Shown here in pieces: positions 11,851-24,560 of a DNA stretch of 40,549 nucleotides (position 1 is the first letter of the stretch; each line of letters starts with the position of its first letter). The DNA comes from Perkinsus olseni (taxonomy: Eukaryota), in assembly GCA_013115125.1 (NCBI GenBank), contig JABANN010000312.1, positions 1 to 40,549 of the forward strand, read 5' to 3'. The notes under the pieces are model-generated. The model was given only the letters and a program-made list of their open reading frames with translations, made no database searches and was not told where the DNA came from. Made by a program: the position numbers and the translations under genes.

Positions 11851-14800
11851 TCAGAAATTATCCCAGTCAAAATCGTCTCCCCATCCCTCGCTAATCTTCC
11901 TCGCTTCATTCTTCTGTGCTGTCGTATTACTCGAGTTACTGGTTACTTTTGGGACCGGGTGAACTCCATTACCGATACTATGACCCGATGAGGTCTCCTC
12001 TTGGTTCTTCGCAGGGCCTGGAAAATAGGACCTGGCCGAAGGGGAGGGGCCTTCACTCATACCTGCTGACGCTTGCGTTGGTGCCGGATGCATCTCGAAG
12101 CGACCATCGGCAAGTTGGGTCTCATCCCGCGGGGTGTAATGCTCATTGGTCGGAGAATGTTCGCCCGGTAGTGGGACGTCATCAAACTCCCCCCAGAAGC
12201 CCTCCCCAACGTTATCAAGATTATCGTCGAAGTCCAGGTCGAGCTTAGGACCGCCAATACTCTCCTCTGGAGCTTCGTGTCGGACCTGATGGTAAAAATG
12301 GATTTCCAGCCGCCACAACCGTCCGTCGTCGGCGATTCCGTCTCGCTGCGCTCGTCCATGCGAGCGGCACTGCGAGCCCATTAAGGTTTCAGAAAGCCCA
12401 CTCCAATACCGAATAATAGAAGACTTACGTCCATTCCAGGTGAGCTGCTGGTGCTGCTACTGTAAGACGTGGCCTGTGGAACAGCTGGAGGCGGACCGTT
12501 GGTCTCAACCTTCGCATAACCCGCACGACTATCGCCAATGTTACCGGAAGTGGGACCCGCTTGCGTTACGCCCAGACCGAACCTGGTACAGCACATACTT
12601 GAGACCCTGCGAGGGCACAAAAGAGAATAGAGTGGAGAATAGAGTGGATGCGATTCGTGTACAGGGAGCATCTGGTCTTCAGTTCGATTTGCACTACACG
12701 GAACTATCTCACACATATACTATTATGCCATAGCCTACCTTCCAAAGACGTTATAAGCACCGCTGCTAGTCGAAGCGCTTTTAGCAGCAGCAGCAGCAGC
12801 AGCAGCGCCCTCAAGCCCATGAGAGTCTTTCGAAGCTTCGCCATGATCCTCCTTCAACTGGGCGACACGCCGCGCCTCTAGCATTCCCTCGCGGACCATT
12901 CTGAGGAGGAGCAAGCAATTCGAAGAACCAAAGATCAGGAAGCTGCTCGTACTTCACCACAGGCTGGAGGGCATCATAGGCAGCATCCTGAACTTCTGGA
13001 CTGGGGTCGACAAGTCGGAGGACCAACAAAGGCAATGCCTGAGAACGAGTCCCTCACCTTCTACAGCACTGAGCTGTTGAAGACGGAGATCCCGCGTCGC
13101 TCACCTTTCCTCCAAGCTCCGCTGGGTCGTAGATGCTGGATGTGGCTTGCAGCGCCTGGATGCACGCTACTCGACAGGGTGAGAAGCTGTCCTTCATACC
13201 GGTCACGAAAGCATTGAGCAGTATCTAACAGAAGCAAAGGAATGCCGTTCTCATGAATATATCCCGAGATCTTCTGAGGGGAAAGACGTCTCTTATGCAA
13301 CTGCTGCAGTGGTTGTACACGCAACGGCCATTTCGGCACGACGAAGCTTCGGCTCACCTGAGGTTTCTGTGCTGGGTCGAAATAGTCCGAGATCTTTCCA
13401 ATGCAAATGGCAGTGTTGGTACCTGGGTTCAGCGCATGACTCTTGATGCACCAGCTGGTAGTCCATACGAATTGAAGGCTCCGGATCTCCTTGGAGCTTA
13501 GTCAAGTTTCTCAGCACTTTATTAGTCACCGTCGACGTCTTCAATTTCGGTGCTAGTAAAACCTAAGATCGCAAAAAAGGTGGGAGGGGTCCTGGATTGA
13601 TCAATATACCCTTACTATAGATTTCAAGGTCTGCTCGCGTATTGCGCTGTGAGAATCGTTGAACCCGCTCGATATCTCAGGATACCTGCAGCCAACCTTG
13701 CCCATGCTGCCGTGAGACTCACCACATGCCCTACAGAGTATTTTCGACGACCTTGTTGTCCATGTGCTCAACATACACATCCATGTTGCACAAAAGTCGA
13801 TACCGAATTGTACCTGGCTTGATTGATACACGTTGGAACCAAACCGAACCTCGGGGTTTTTATCCGACAATAGATAGCAGACTGCCTTCCTCCCATAGTA
13901 ACGTGATGAGTTGTCAGCCGCTAGCTGCACCCGCGCAAGCCGCAACTTGACCAGAGGCTGGCTTCCGACTGAGAATTTCCGCAATACTCCTACGACGGTT
14001 CTACTCAGTAGAATCCGCAGAAGTCCGCAGTAGAATCTACTGCGGACTTCTGCACTCGAAAGCAGGGACGGATGAGAGCCTCGAGCCCGAGATATCACGC
14101 CAGTGTATATGCTACGCCTATATCTCATATCATTATGCTCGGAACTCCACAGCCCAGCCCACGTCCAACTTACGATCAGAAGATCCAAATAACTTCAGTA
14201 CCGTAGGAAGGAGATCTCGCTTGAACTCCTCTGGACTGAGATATGTACCTAACACCTTGACAGTAAGCATGCTTCAGGATCCTCCACCGGCAGCTAATAC
14301 TACCTATCTTCGTGAGGTTGACAAGAGCCGGAGCTGCTAATCGTGGGGCGTCATCCACTACCTGAGGTTGGAAGCAGGGCTCTACTACGATTGTGCTCCC
14401 CAAGTGAGAAGTATCTCCAGGTCGCATACGACGACCACTCACCTGGACCAGATCATGGAGGAGGACGGTCACTTGCATAGTCACCGGCAAACTCGGAAGC
14501 ACATTCGGTAGCACGCCTGAGCATCGACGAAAGAGAATTTGCAGGCACATACCATTCCAGCGGCATTCCAGAATCCGCGGCTCTTTCCGTGAAGTTGGGA
14601 ACCGCGTAGAACCTATCTGACCAGCTCGTTCGCTCCTGGCCGCCTGATTCGCACGTTCAACTGCGGGACGGTCCCGCCGGGACCAGAAAAGCGGAAGAAT
14701 TCTACGAAGACTAACTTCCGAATTAAAAGTAGCTGCGTGCCTTGTTTAATGATCGAAATTTTTAATAAAAAATGAAGCAAGCCGCAACAGAAGAAATCAT

Positions 14801-17800
14801 AGCTCACTGAGCTAAGCTCAGAGTCTCGGCGATGCAAGAACATGAGTCTTACGCCGTAAGACTTACGGCCCTCAGTAGCGACGCTCAATATTCCTTGAAG
14901 AACTCAAGACTGAGATGGAGAACTGAAGGGGCTCGTGGCACCCATAATACCATATCGAAAGTCACCCCCGTTATCAACCATCGTTTTGACGGCTTCACGA
15001 TGAGCAACCTAGGTCATAGGGTCCTGGACCCAGAGGAGCACCCGCACTGGCGATACAATCTGACCTTCAATCTGGTCTTGGATACAACTGTAAATGCCCT
15101 AGCCTATTCAACTGTTGGATATTTGGGCGTTCGAGCTTCTAGTAGCGCGGGCAGCACATACCCCGCACATGGGCACAGTAGTAGTGTTGAGACCCACCAC
15201 TTGGCATCGACGGTTATAACTATAGTCGAATCTCGGACAAGATCCATTATATCGAGGCAGCGATAGCATCACTGCAATATGAGCATACCAAATGGCGATG
15301 AGCAACCCGATGATGATATTTAGGTCGCCTTGCAACCAAACGACCGCGTCTCGTCGGCCTCGCCCTCGAACTTTCCATCTCCAAAAAGATAGACTTTCCA
15401 TCTCTCTGCCTCGGATCTGGTCGTTCAAGCCTGAGCTACTCATCTCATCTATCAAACTCCTTTTTCCCTATCGGCAAACAATCCTGTAGCATCCTCCTTC
15501 TAGCAATCCCTTAGTCTCTTCCGCTTTGACTAGGCATTGACTAGCACCATCTTCTGGGCTAGTAGTCTGCATCAACGATGAGACCGCGGCGCGCGATCAA
15601 GTTGGCCATCCCACTGAGCACGACCTGCTCGTGTCGCCATAACATGTTTTTCCATAATTACTCGGTCAGTCAGACTGACTCAGTCTAAGAGGACTGAGCA
15701 CTGCTCTACACTGGTCCAGATCCGGACCCTCTCTGGCCCCCCAACGGGGCATCGTTGAAGCTCATAAAGCTTTCAAAAGTGGTTAGATTGGTTGAAAAAT
15801 TAGCAGTGGTTCGAGCAAGGTCTCTATTATGGAGATTCTCAGAAATTCAGAAAAATTCCATTGAATTCTAGAGACTCTCTAGTAGAGAGCACTGATAGCT
15901 GTAGGTTCGCTGCGAACTTTCTACTACGAAAACTCACGAATCATCCAGCAGCCTCCTGTCCACGCGATTATTAGCACTCCCCCAACCTACTATCGAAGAA
16001 CTCATCCTGTGCTACCGCCGTCGCTAACCGAAGCTGAGACTCCAGGAAGTGGAGAATAGTAACCTGACGAGATAGGGAATAACAGAATGCTCCGGAAGGA
16101 AGAGACGACTACAACGAGAAAGCGATAGAAGACACGAACCGTTTGAATTTTCAGGCTCAGGCTCAATGTTCTCGAATGCTCAGATTGGAACCTTAAAGAC
16201 GCTTTCGAATGTTGAGCCATGAGCGATGGTCACACGAGAGATATCCGAGAGATTGATCAGTATGCAAAAGTTGTGAAAATCCTGCAAAGACTCAAAGCCT
16301 CTCGACTGGAGTAATATCACCGCCCACCTGAGGGTTCTCCTTCAGAAAACTGCTATTGGCCAATCTCGTAACCACCATACCAGCATCGCGTGACCGCGAA
16401 ATCTCGTGCAAAGAGAGACTCCGGAATCCCCCTCGATACTGAGAACAGCTGACGGTCTCCCAAGGTGCATTAGAATACCTCTCGATCGAACCAGTACTAG
16501 ACCATGTCAAGTATGCTGCTTCGCCGAGCCCGCATGCTTAGAAATATTCCAGCTCTACAACGCTATGTAGTCGACTGAGTTTTACATCGTGCATTGCGCG
16601 ATACGCTCCGAGAATTCAGCTTCAGCTCAGCGGTGGACCCCCTGCCCTAAACCCTCTAACAAGGTCAATCAAACAGAACGATGCAAGCGCCGACGAGACG
16701 ACTGGAGAAAGTTCTAAAAGCGCCCGGACACGCGAGGATATCCCCAATATTCTCACTACAACTTTAGCCATGCTCCCCTTATCACCTGACTGGGTATACT
16801 GGCCGCGGGATCCTCCCCTGGATTGAAAGATCCTTCTCCCCTATACAGCACTTCGCCATTGAGAAGATATGCCGCAACCAGAGCTAAGCCGTAGAGGTCG
16901 ACCACTGATGGATTACCCGACATGAGGTTACGTGGCGGCACAAACCTGCGACAGAAAGAAGATTGGAGGCATTGTTTCGATGCACAGAGGGGGTCCCCGC
17001 CTTGCACGTCCCCTGCAAGGGGACGACCCAGGCACTGGCGGCCAGTGGTTACTGCGCCATCACCAGCCCGCAGTACAGTTCTAGTAACAAGCACATTTCG
17101 TTAGACGACGACTAACGGCCGTATTGAACGACAATGATCGCAAAGTTCTGCAACTCCCGCCCGCGGAATCGCAAGGAATGGTCGTATTTCACCACAACCA
17201 TTTGCAATAGTTTAGTTTCCGAAGCACTATCAATGACTGCAGCACGCACCGGGAGAGGCTGGAGCACAGTGATTCACGCTGTTCACGCCCAAGGGGAAGC
17301 GTTGATGCAAATGACAACTATCGGTCATACTTCAGCTTCCGTGAGCTATAAAACCACAGCCCTCATCACCTCGTTAGGCCAGAAGAATCGATATCAGACA
17401 CAAGTCTATTGCCATCAGCCTCTGAGATCGGCCTGGCCAACTCGAAACCGCCGAGCCGGAACTCTCCTTTAGGGGTAACGAATACGGATTGGGGCCCAAC
17501 ATTACCTACATGGGAGCCGACTAATATTCTCTACCAGGCAACAAAGGAACTGGTAATCGCTCAAACACAAGTTGGCCCCACTTTTATCACAGTCCTCTAC
17601 AGAACTTTCCCACGATAGTCCGATACGTTTACCGTCAGTAAAACATATACGCCGGTAGATGAGTCCATTGTCGCTCACAGCCAGCGCTTCAATCACGAGA
17701 GACGCGCTGTTCACAGTGCCGTTGTCATCGGCGGAGGATAAGCTCATGAACCCGTACTACCGTGCACCAGTTTCCCATCCACAACCAAGAACCGCAACGC

Positions 17801-18739
17801 AGAGATTATCGAGTACCTGAGGAGTGAGCCAGTGGAGCATGAAGATAATAGAAGACCGACTAAGTCTCCTCGTACTCTCACCAATCAGAGCAGCGGCTGA
17901 GAGAGTCAGTCTAATGCATTACGACTGCATTACATACAGCCACCCACGCTCCCGTTCACCCGACTATTACAATCCCCAGACACACGGTTGCTTCCGGTCC
18001 TCCTGACGCCATGAGAAGTCGGCCAGCCTTGAACACCGCTCCACTACCACATATATACCAGTATCATTCTCCACAGCATCGTAAACCTAATCCAATGCAG
18101 CACAGCAGGACAATAACGCTGTAGCCCTCCACGCGTGAATTAACTACGAAAAAAACTTCCTATATGCTCACGGCGATCGAGCTTCATGCTCAAGAGAGAA
18201 TATGGCCCAGAATAGGAGATTTTGTATGCATGAAGCGCTCCAACCTAGTCTATGGTTACTTTGAGGACACAAGGATGCCTCAGGGTTCTCATCCTGTTCA
18301 TGGCATTCCTCGCCATAAGAACTTCCGTATACGTAGCGGTCTTCTTCAAGAGGACCAGAGCGGTGACCTCCGATCCATCTGCTTTGGACGTTCCCTCGTA
18401 GACCTCCCAAAAACTACTCCTTCCGCCACCTGAGAGGGGCACCATGCAGCGAAACTCTCTGCCACAATTGTAGGCTCTGGTCGAGAGGGCAGAATTGCCC
18501 CAAGCACTACACCACGATGATCGGAGGATTTGCCAAGAATTAGCGCACCATCAACTTCGTGACGACCAAGCATACGCTCGACCGCCCAGAACCTTATCCA
18601 CGCCAGGGCACCGCTCCGCTTCCTTACTACCATCGACCACTTTCTTGGTGATGTGGAACTTCATGGAGCTGGGCAGTCCTCCGAGGCCCGTCACATTGCC
18701 GACTGTAGAGACTACACTCTTATAGAGGGCATTCAACAT
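11851..18739 (-). CDS. SCYL1: SCY1-like pseudokinase with HEAT repeats (SCYL1/NTKL family)
   Basis: Spliced exons read FWEVYEG...ARNAMNRMRTLRHPCVLK|VYDAVENDTGIYVVVE...VWGL|YSIISALRFL...LVH|GNVGPQSVFVTPKGEFRLGGFEL. HEAT region includes YPEISSGFNDSHSAIREQTLKS, LRNLTKLQGDPEPSIR and VDPSPEVQDAA. Acidic tail GWGDDFDWDNF*. Confidence 0.9.
12783..12806. repeat. (AGC)8 microsatellite, probably intronic in the SCY1-like gene
   Basis: 24 nt of perfect agc repeats. Confidence 0.85.
14017..14053. repeat. Perfect 18-bp inverted repeat with 1-nt spacer
   Basis: gcagaagtccgcagtaga-a-tctactgcggacttctgc. Confidence 0.95.
14613..15937 (-). other. Unusually long (~1.3 kb) intron of the SCY1-like gene, rich in palindromic scars
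   Basis: Donor GTGAGT at 15937 after ...LLDD and acceptor CAGATAG at 14613 before FYAVPNF join in frame. It contains five inverted micro-triplications. Confidence 0.6.
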
Positions 18740-19212
18740 TTAGGACAACCTTACTGAGCAAGAGCGACGGGAAAGTTCTATAAAACTCAGGTTTCTGAAT
18801 GCCCCATTGTGGATCCCCAAGCCCGCACAATCTGCGATGAGGAGCCTCCCCGGCTCGAGAGATTTACGCACCACCGCTGAAGCAGCATGGGCTTGCAAGG
18901 ACCCACCGTAACTGAATGTCGCGATCCGGTGGACAGTTGAATCCTCTCCGCTACAAAGCCATTGGTATCATTGACGTGTGCTTATACCCTTGTCACTGAT
19001 ATAGGTGTGATGCTCCTCTGAGACTTTCACTCAGAGTCCCGCCACCCAACTATTCCACGTACCATTATGCTAGCTCAGCGCGAAGGGCAAGATGTCAGCA
19101 GCTATCCGCGACACCTCCCGCACACAATTTGAACCAAACCTCCGAACGCTAGTGTACACTATGCACGCAACATGCCAAGCGAAAACCAAATGCTGCAAGT
19201 TATTGATAATAG

Positions 19213-20788
19213 TTATAGGTGATCACTTGTTGCCGAGTCGAGTCCAGATCTGCGACAGAGAATAAGGGTACCGATATTCACAAAACTGCTATTACGAGTT
19301 CGATCCGGCCGCACGGGACGGCCAGTCTTATCAGAGCGAAGTCTGAAGTAGCATCGTTTGCAGCAGAAGGTCGGGTTATTGGGCAGCACGGGGTCGTTCA
19401 GGACGACCATGTTGGCGTAAGCGGTATTGCATAACTGAGAGAAACTGATCGCTGAGACCAACGGCACGAGTAGTTCGAAAAGTATCGGCAGCGTAGATGA
19501 TGATGCGGCAACATCCTCACCACGCATAAGGCTGCTTCGAAAAAGGACTCACCGAGCACATTTTCAAGTAGAGCTTCTGCTTCTGGTGCGTCCGTAATGG
19601 GTACACTTCGCGTACCTGTGAGGGGCTGATGGATCCTCCTAGATGCCGAGGACTTACAAGGGAGTGGACTCGAGCGTCGAGTAGAGTAACGTTGGTGAAG
19701 TAAACTCGCTCCTCCGTATTGGTGTAGTGGAGATAATAACAACACGTTGAATGCGCCTTGGGGGACGACCGATAGAGACGTTCCACACTAAGGGAACGTG
19801 CCAATGACCAGAAGACCACGGCCGAGGAAGCCTCATGCCTACGCTTCCTGGACGGTCGTCGAACGCATCTCGGCGAAGGTGATTTCAGGCAAGGCCGCGC
19901 GATCTCGCGGTGTGAAGTTGGCATCGTGCACTCGTAGCCAGTTCCTAATATGCCCTTCATAGTCTACTGGCCTGCAAAAGCAATACTCAAATCATTGAGG
20001 AGCGAAAGAGAGGTCTACTTATCGTTCGACGAGGGTTTATCTGGCGAGTCCGTGTAGACCGCATCGCCCATGACAAAACATGCTGATTTGGCGTACTTCG
20101 GACCATCGAAAACTCTGTCGGCCAAGAAACTGAAGCTATCTCGCAGGTCCTTTAATGTCTGACTGCCGAGGACGTCGAAGGACTCTACATGGTCGTTTTT
20201 ACGGAAGTTCCTCTGGTCCGTATGATAAATATCGACCGAGACGACCACTTCGCTGCCGTCTGGCATCCTGTGAAGGCCCTCAGGACCATCAACATCTTCC
20301 TCGGCAAGCCTCACTAATTGCGCATAGTCAGAGGGCAAGCCGCTCCGGTTAGCCTTGAAAAGCGCTACCCGGCGCATCTCGTTGTGTGAGATGGGCATCT
20401 TATCCTCGCCTCCACCGTAGTCCTGCTTCAGCCTTTCCGAAGCCAGATGGCCGACTCTTCGGAATCGATCGGCCCGCAATTCTCGCAGGGTAGGAGGCTC
20501 CGAGCCATCCGCCATGCAACGGTCCAGAACCTGATTGGCCTCCGCCATGCACGAAGGGAACTGGATGTCAGCGCTGGTCGACACGTCGTCAATCCGCATA
20601 CTCGGATCGACAGGAGGAGTGAAGCCCCGGGATAGCTCAGCAAAGGCCGCCAGAGCCGCTCGAGTGTCATCGGCCCACTGAGACAGGCCTCCTTCGTCCA
20701 ACACCGAATCGCGGTTATCGGGCTCTGGAGACCAACCCGCTGAGGCGATGGAGGAAAGGGAGAGTCTCGAAGACTCCGATGACTCCAT
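19213..20788 (-). CDS. SNAPC3: snRNA-activating protein complex subunit 3 (SNAP50)
   Basis: Family-like motifs: VVVSVDIYH...FDVLGSQTLKDLRDSF...KSACFVMGDAVYTD; CYYLHYTNTEERVYFTNVTL; C-terminal zinc-binding region ANMVVLNDPVLPNNPTFCCKRCYFRL. Likely ATG at 20788 (MESSESS), preceded by ctcatag-t. 3' end approximate. Confidence 0.85.
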
Positions 20789-20891
20789 ACTATGAGAATG
20801 ATACTGACATAACGAACAGCATGGTCCACGAGGCTTCAACAAAACAGCCAGCCAAAACAGAAACATCGTCATGCCAGGACGGAGCTTCTCT

Positions 20892-22138
20892 TCACCATTC
20901 ACCAACAGCCGTCAACAATCTCCGGAAGGCTTTCATGTCTGTTAGCAAATCATCTGAGGCGACTGGAAGGTCGAGGAGAAGAGGATAACGGTCTCATTGG
21001 GCGTATCACCTGGCTGCAGACCGGCGATCACTGGGGAGTCTCTATCATATGCCCGACCCATCTCCTTAGCCTGTATAGCAAATAACAGCCCCATTGGAAA
21101 GTGAACGACCTCACTTTGTCCGGAGTCATGGACTGCGGCTGTGCGCAGAAAAGGACTCTCTTATCGTTCATCCGATACACTTTGAACCACCCCTTATCGG
21201 ATGATGTCGAGAAGCCCTCACCTGGCAAGCGGCGAGCTGAAGATCGAATCGACAATCCTCCTGCTCATCACCTGTCACCACTATGCCGGTGAACGCTCGT
21301 TGGAGGGCATTCCGCAAAGTAAAGTAGACCTCAGTTTCTGCGACAAAACATCGTCATCAGGTACCGAGCAAAGATGAGCCCGTCCAACCGACCAGCGAAT
21401 GGCTCGTATACGATATGAATCTTCGTATTAGACTTGTCCAGCGTGGGGTTGTTGAAATCTGTCTGGTAGTACGTCTTGGAGAAGTACTTCGTACTATAAT
21501 ACGGCCAACTGAGGGTTGCTGATGAATGCTAGGCAACGACCAGGCATGGTCCAAGCCAGGCCAATAACTCCAGTCAGTTCCGAGTCATGCGGGATCTCTA
21601 GTTAGCGACTTACTTCTTCCTGGTTGACCTGTTCTTCAATGTAGATGGTCGTATTCGCCTATCCGCCATAGTATGGGGTTTATCCTTGAACATCCACACT
21701 GCCTTACCATGGCTAGGTAGTGGTCCATCAGTCAGACAGCGGACACCGACAGGTCGTAAGAAGGCCACTTGCCGAGTGGACAGTAATAATGTCATGTAAA
21801 AAGTCTCAACTGAAGACAAGACAAGTGGTGAGGGAGAGGCAAGCCTAGACTTGAGCAGTCGCTCAGACAAGGCGAGGTTCGGGAAAGCGATCGCACATCA
21901 CACGTGACCTGATCAGAACGTAAAAAATGTTGAAACTGTTTAATCTCCGGCGACGCTCTCGAAGTAGCCGGAGTAACAGAACACTAGAATCGGAAGACAG
22001 CCTCACTCGACCACTGCCTACCAATGGCTACCAATTCCCTACGCAAAGCAGCAGCGTAGTCGAGCGAAAGCCATACGGAATCATCACACGATGCCTGGGT
22101 GGAGTTATGCCGTAGGGGATTCGGGGGCGAGCGCTCAT
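20892..22138 (-). CDS. Hypothetical protein ('gene X'), basic N-terminus and possible thioredoxin/Rdx-like fold; multi-exon
   Basis: In-frame spliced reading: HGKAVWMFKDKPHTMADRRIRPSTLKNRSTRK|NTKYFSKTYYQTDFNNPTLDKSNTKIHIVYEPFA|ETEVYFTLRNALQRAFTGIVVT|ARRLPGEGFSTSSDKGWFKVYRMNDKRVLFCAQPQSMTPDK|AKEMGRAYDRDSPVIAGLQP. The second copy at 25283-26046 conserves these exons. The 5' end is uncertain. Confidence 0.55.
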
Positions 22139-22373
22139 GCCTGCCCGTTCGCTCAACAAGTTACTCCAGGCGGATTTCCACGCGCGCAAATACAGTTTTC
22201 CGGCGGAGCCTGGTACTAGAAGCCGGGAGTAACTCGAGGGTAGGAACATCTGAATGATCATGACGATGGGATCAGTCGATTTTATGATCGACCTCGTCTG
22301 CCGAACACCAAGTAGGCTACTTGGAGTAGCACCCTCACGCTATTGGAGTGTTCAGTAACTCCTAAGTTGATCC

Positions 22374-23565
22374 ATGGCCCGACAAATTGCCCTTCCGTGC
22401 TTACTTGTCCTCGCCGTTTTTCCATCGTCAGCTTACTCAGCTGCTCTGCATGAGCCAAGTGGAACAGCTAACGCTTCATACAGAAACAGCCAGGCTTTCT
22501 ACGACCCCGAGACGAGGGAAGAGGTAGAGCGTTGCCAACCTTCATCGCGGTTCCTTCTGCTGTTTCCGGCCTCAAACGCGGCGAACCTCGACTCGCAACT
22601 TCCCCCGGCATGCTGTCAGTCTTGCAGACCGTCATCGGTTATCGCAAAACGCCTGGAGTGGAGAAATTCGAGGTTACCGATGTGACACACCTAGAGTTCA
22701 ATCCTGCCTGGTGATATCACTCGGGGCGAACACCGTTATACATCAGTCCTTTACAGGGAGAAACCAGGCTATAAGTATGTCATACTAGCTGATGAAGATG
22801 TGTTGATAAAGAACTTCGTCAACGTGATGAGAGGACCCCGGAAGAATATCACAACGCAGACTCCGCCTTCACTGAAAAGGCAGCTGATGTATAGGTTCGG
22901 TAGAGACATATGGGGCGAGTTCAATGAGAATAACCATAGGAGTGCGGGCATGCTAGTCTGTGGCTTATACACGCTATTCAGGGAGCGTCAGCGGGGGAGA
23001 CCGAAGGTAGTCAATTGACGTTGTAGTTCCAAGCCAAGTCGATGGATAGTCACAGATTGTTTCTTTACTCCTTCAGCGCACAATCCGCTATTCGATCTTC
23101 TTGACGAGGCTGAAGCCCCACGAGGCTTTCAGGTTCACAGCGCTCAGAGTAGCACTTTATGTGCATAACGACACAAACTGGTGGTAGGCTTTGCAATAGT
23201 TACCTGAGTTGAATAAGTTAACTCGTTATCAAGTTAGATCGGTTTATTGTGGGTTTTGAAATTATGGTGCTATTTTTAGGATGGGTACGGTCAAACCCAA
23301 GTTTAACGCGGACAGGTTGGAAGAATTGCTGTCCCGCAGCGAAATAGCCAAGCCTGATGGAGTTGATGTGGTTCGGGATAGTAAAATAAAGACCTGCACA
23401 AAGCAAATCCTGGCTTATAGTAACTTCATCTCACCACCTGGTAGTAACATTCCAGTCGATACTTGGCCGGCAGCATATGAGGAGGCCGAATCATCCAGCG
23501 AGCAATATCCTCCTCACATTATCAACATATTCCATTGGCTGACGAACGGTACTACTAAGTACTGA
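22374..23565 (+). CDS. Hypothetical secreted protein, multi-exon
   Basis: Signal peptide MARQIALPCLLVLAVFPSSAYSA. Exon-like ORFs 22532-22714, 22800-23010 (ends at AAG|GTAGT) and 23281-23565. No recognised domain. Confidence 0.6.
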
Positions 23566-24361
23566 ACTCGGGTATATGAGCTCGTTGGAGTGCCGGGGGC
23601 ACGCTTCGACCGGTATGAAAGCAATCTCCGACAACGTCCGATTACTCATTCTGAGGCGGCTTTCTTCTATGTTGCTGTTGTTGTTAACCATCGAGGACCT
23701 CTGGCAGTTCTTAGTAGGATTGATGTTGCTCTGTTGATACCCTAACGAAGTGTTGCGTTCCGATTAGATCCCATTTCTGGAGGCTCAGCTTTAGCACAGA
23801 ATCGTGTGGAATCCTCGAGCAACCACTCGACGAGCACACTGTGGCGAAGCAATCTTCGCCACAGACCATTTGCCGAGCGATCACCTATGAGATCATATCC
23901 GAAGCTCAAGTGAAGAGAGCTAAAGGCAGGGAGTTGAGTAGCTTGAACTGGAGTCATACAACTGCCGGAGAAATATGGTATAAAAGCGGCCTGCTATTAC
24001 GTCGACGCCGCCCGGCGTCGAGTCAGGTAACGGGAGCTTGGTGACTCGAGAGGACCTCGCCCGTAGGGCTAAGTGCGGCTATAACACCGGACCTGTCGTA
24101 CCTGCTAAGGTGAATCCTTCCTGTACTGTTGGTCATGCCCTCCCGCGGGTGTGTCATGAGGATCGGTGTTGCACTCACGTCGTAACCACGGGTTACGTTT
24201 AGATGTACTCTTATAGCCGTGAGGCTGACCCATTCTAAAGAAGTAGAGTTGAACGACAAAGCCAAACTTGCAATCACCGAGCAAATTGCTCGGAGCAATG
24301 TTAGCACAGCTTCTGCTCCCTATTCTGTCTGTATTACAGACACCTGTACCCATTACAGGCT

Positions 24362-24423
24362 CTGTAATGGGTACACTTCGCGTACCTGCGCGGAATGAAC
24401 AGCTGATGGATCCTCGCAGATGC
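24362..24423 (-). pseudogene. Duplicated SNAPC3 exon/intron fragment
   Basis: ctgtaatgggtacacttcgcgtacctg...gctgatggatcctc matches 19592-19646 (ccgtaatgggtacacttcgcgtacctgtgaggggctgatggatcctcc). Confidence 0.85.
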
Positions 24424-24560
24424 TAGGTGATCCGACTGTCGGGTGAAGTAACCCCAGGACCAACTGAGCATCAATCAACTAACGACTAGACATGAACTAC
24501 GATCCCGATGGTCGGAGCCCTACCACGTCCGCTAAAAGACCGTCAACACCTTGGGCTGTT

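Noticed and set aside
20789-20905. N-terminal extension of SNAPC3 suggested by the 296-aa ORF
   Set aside because: The ORF track starts at a non-ATG codon and this stretch looks intergenic. The ATG at 20788 following an AG acceptor is the more plausible start.
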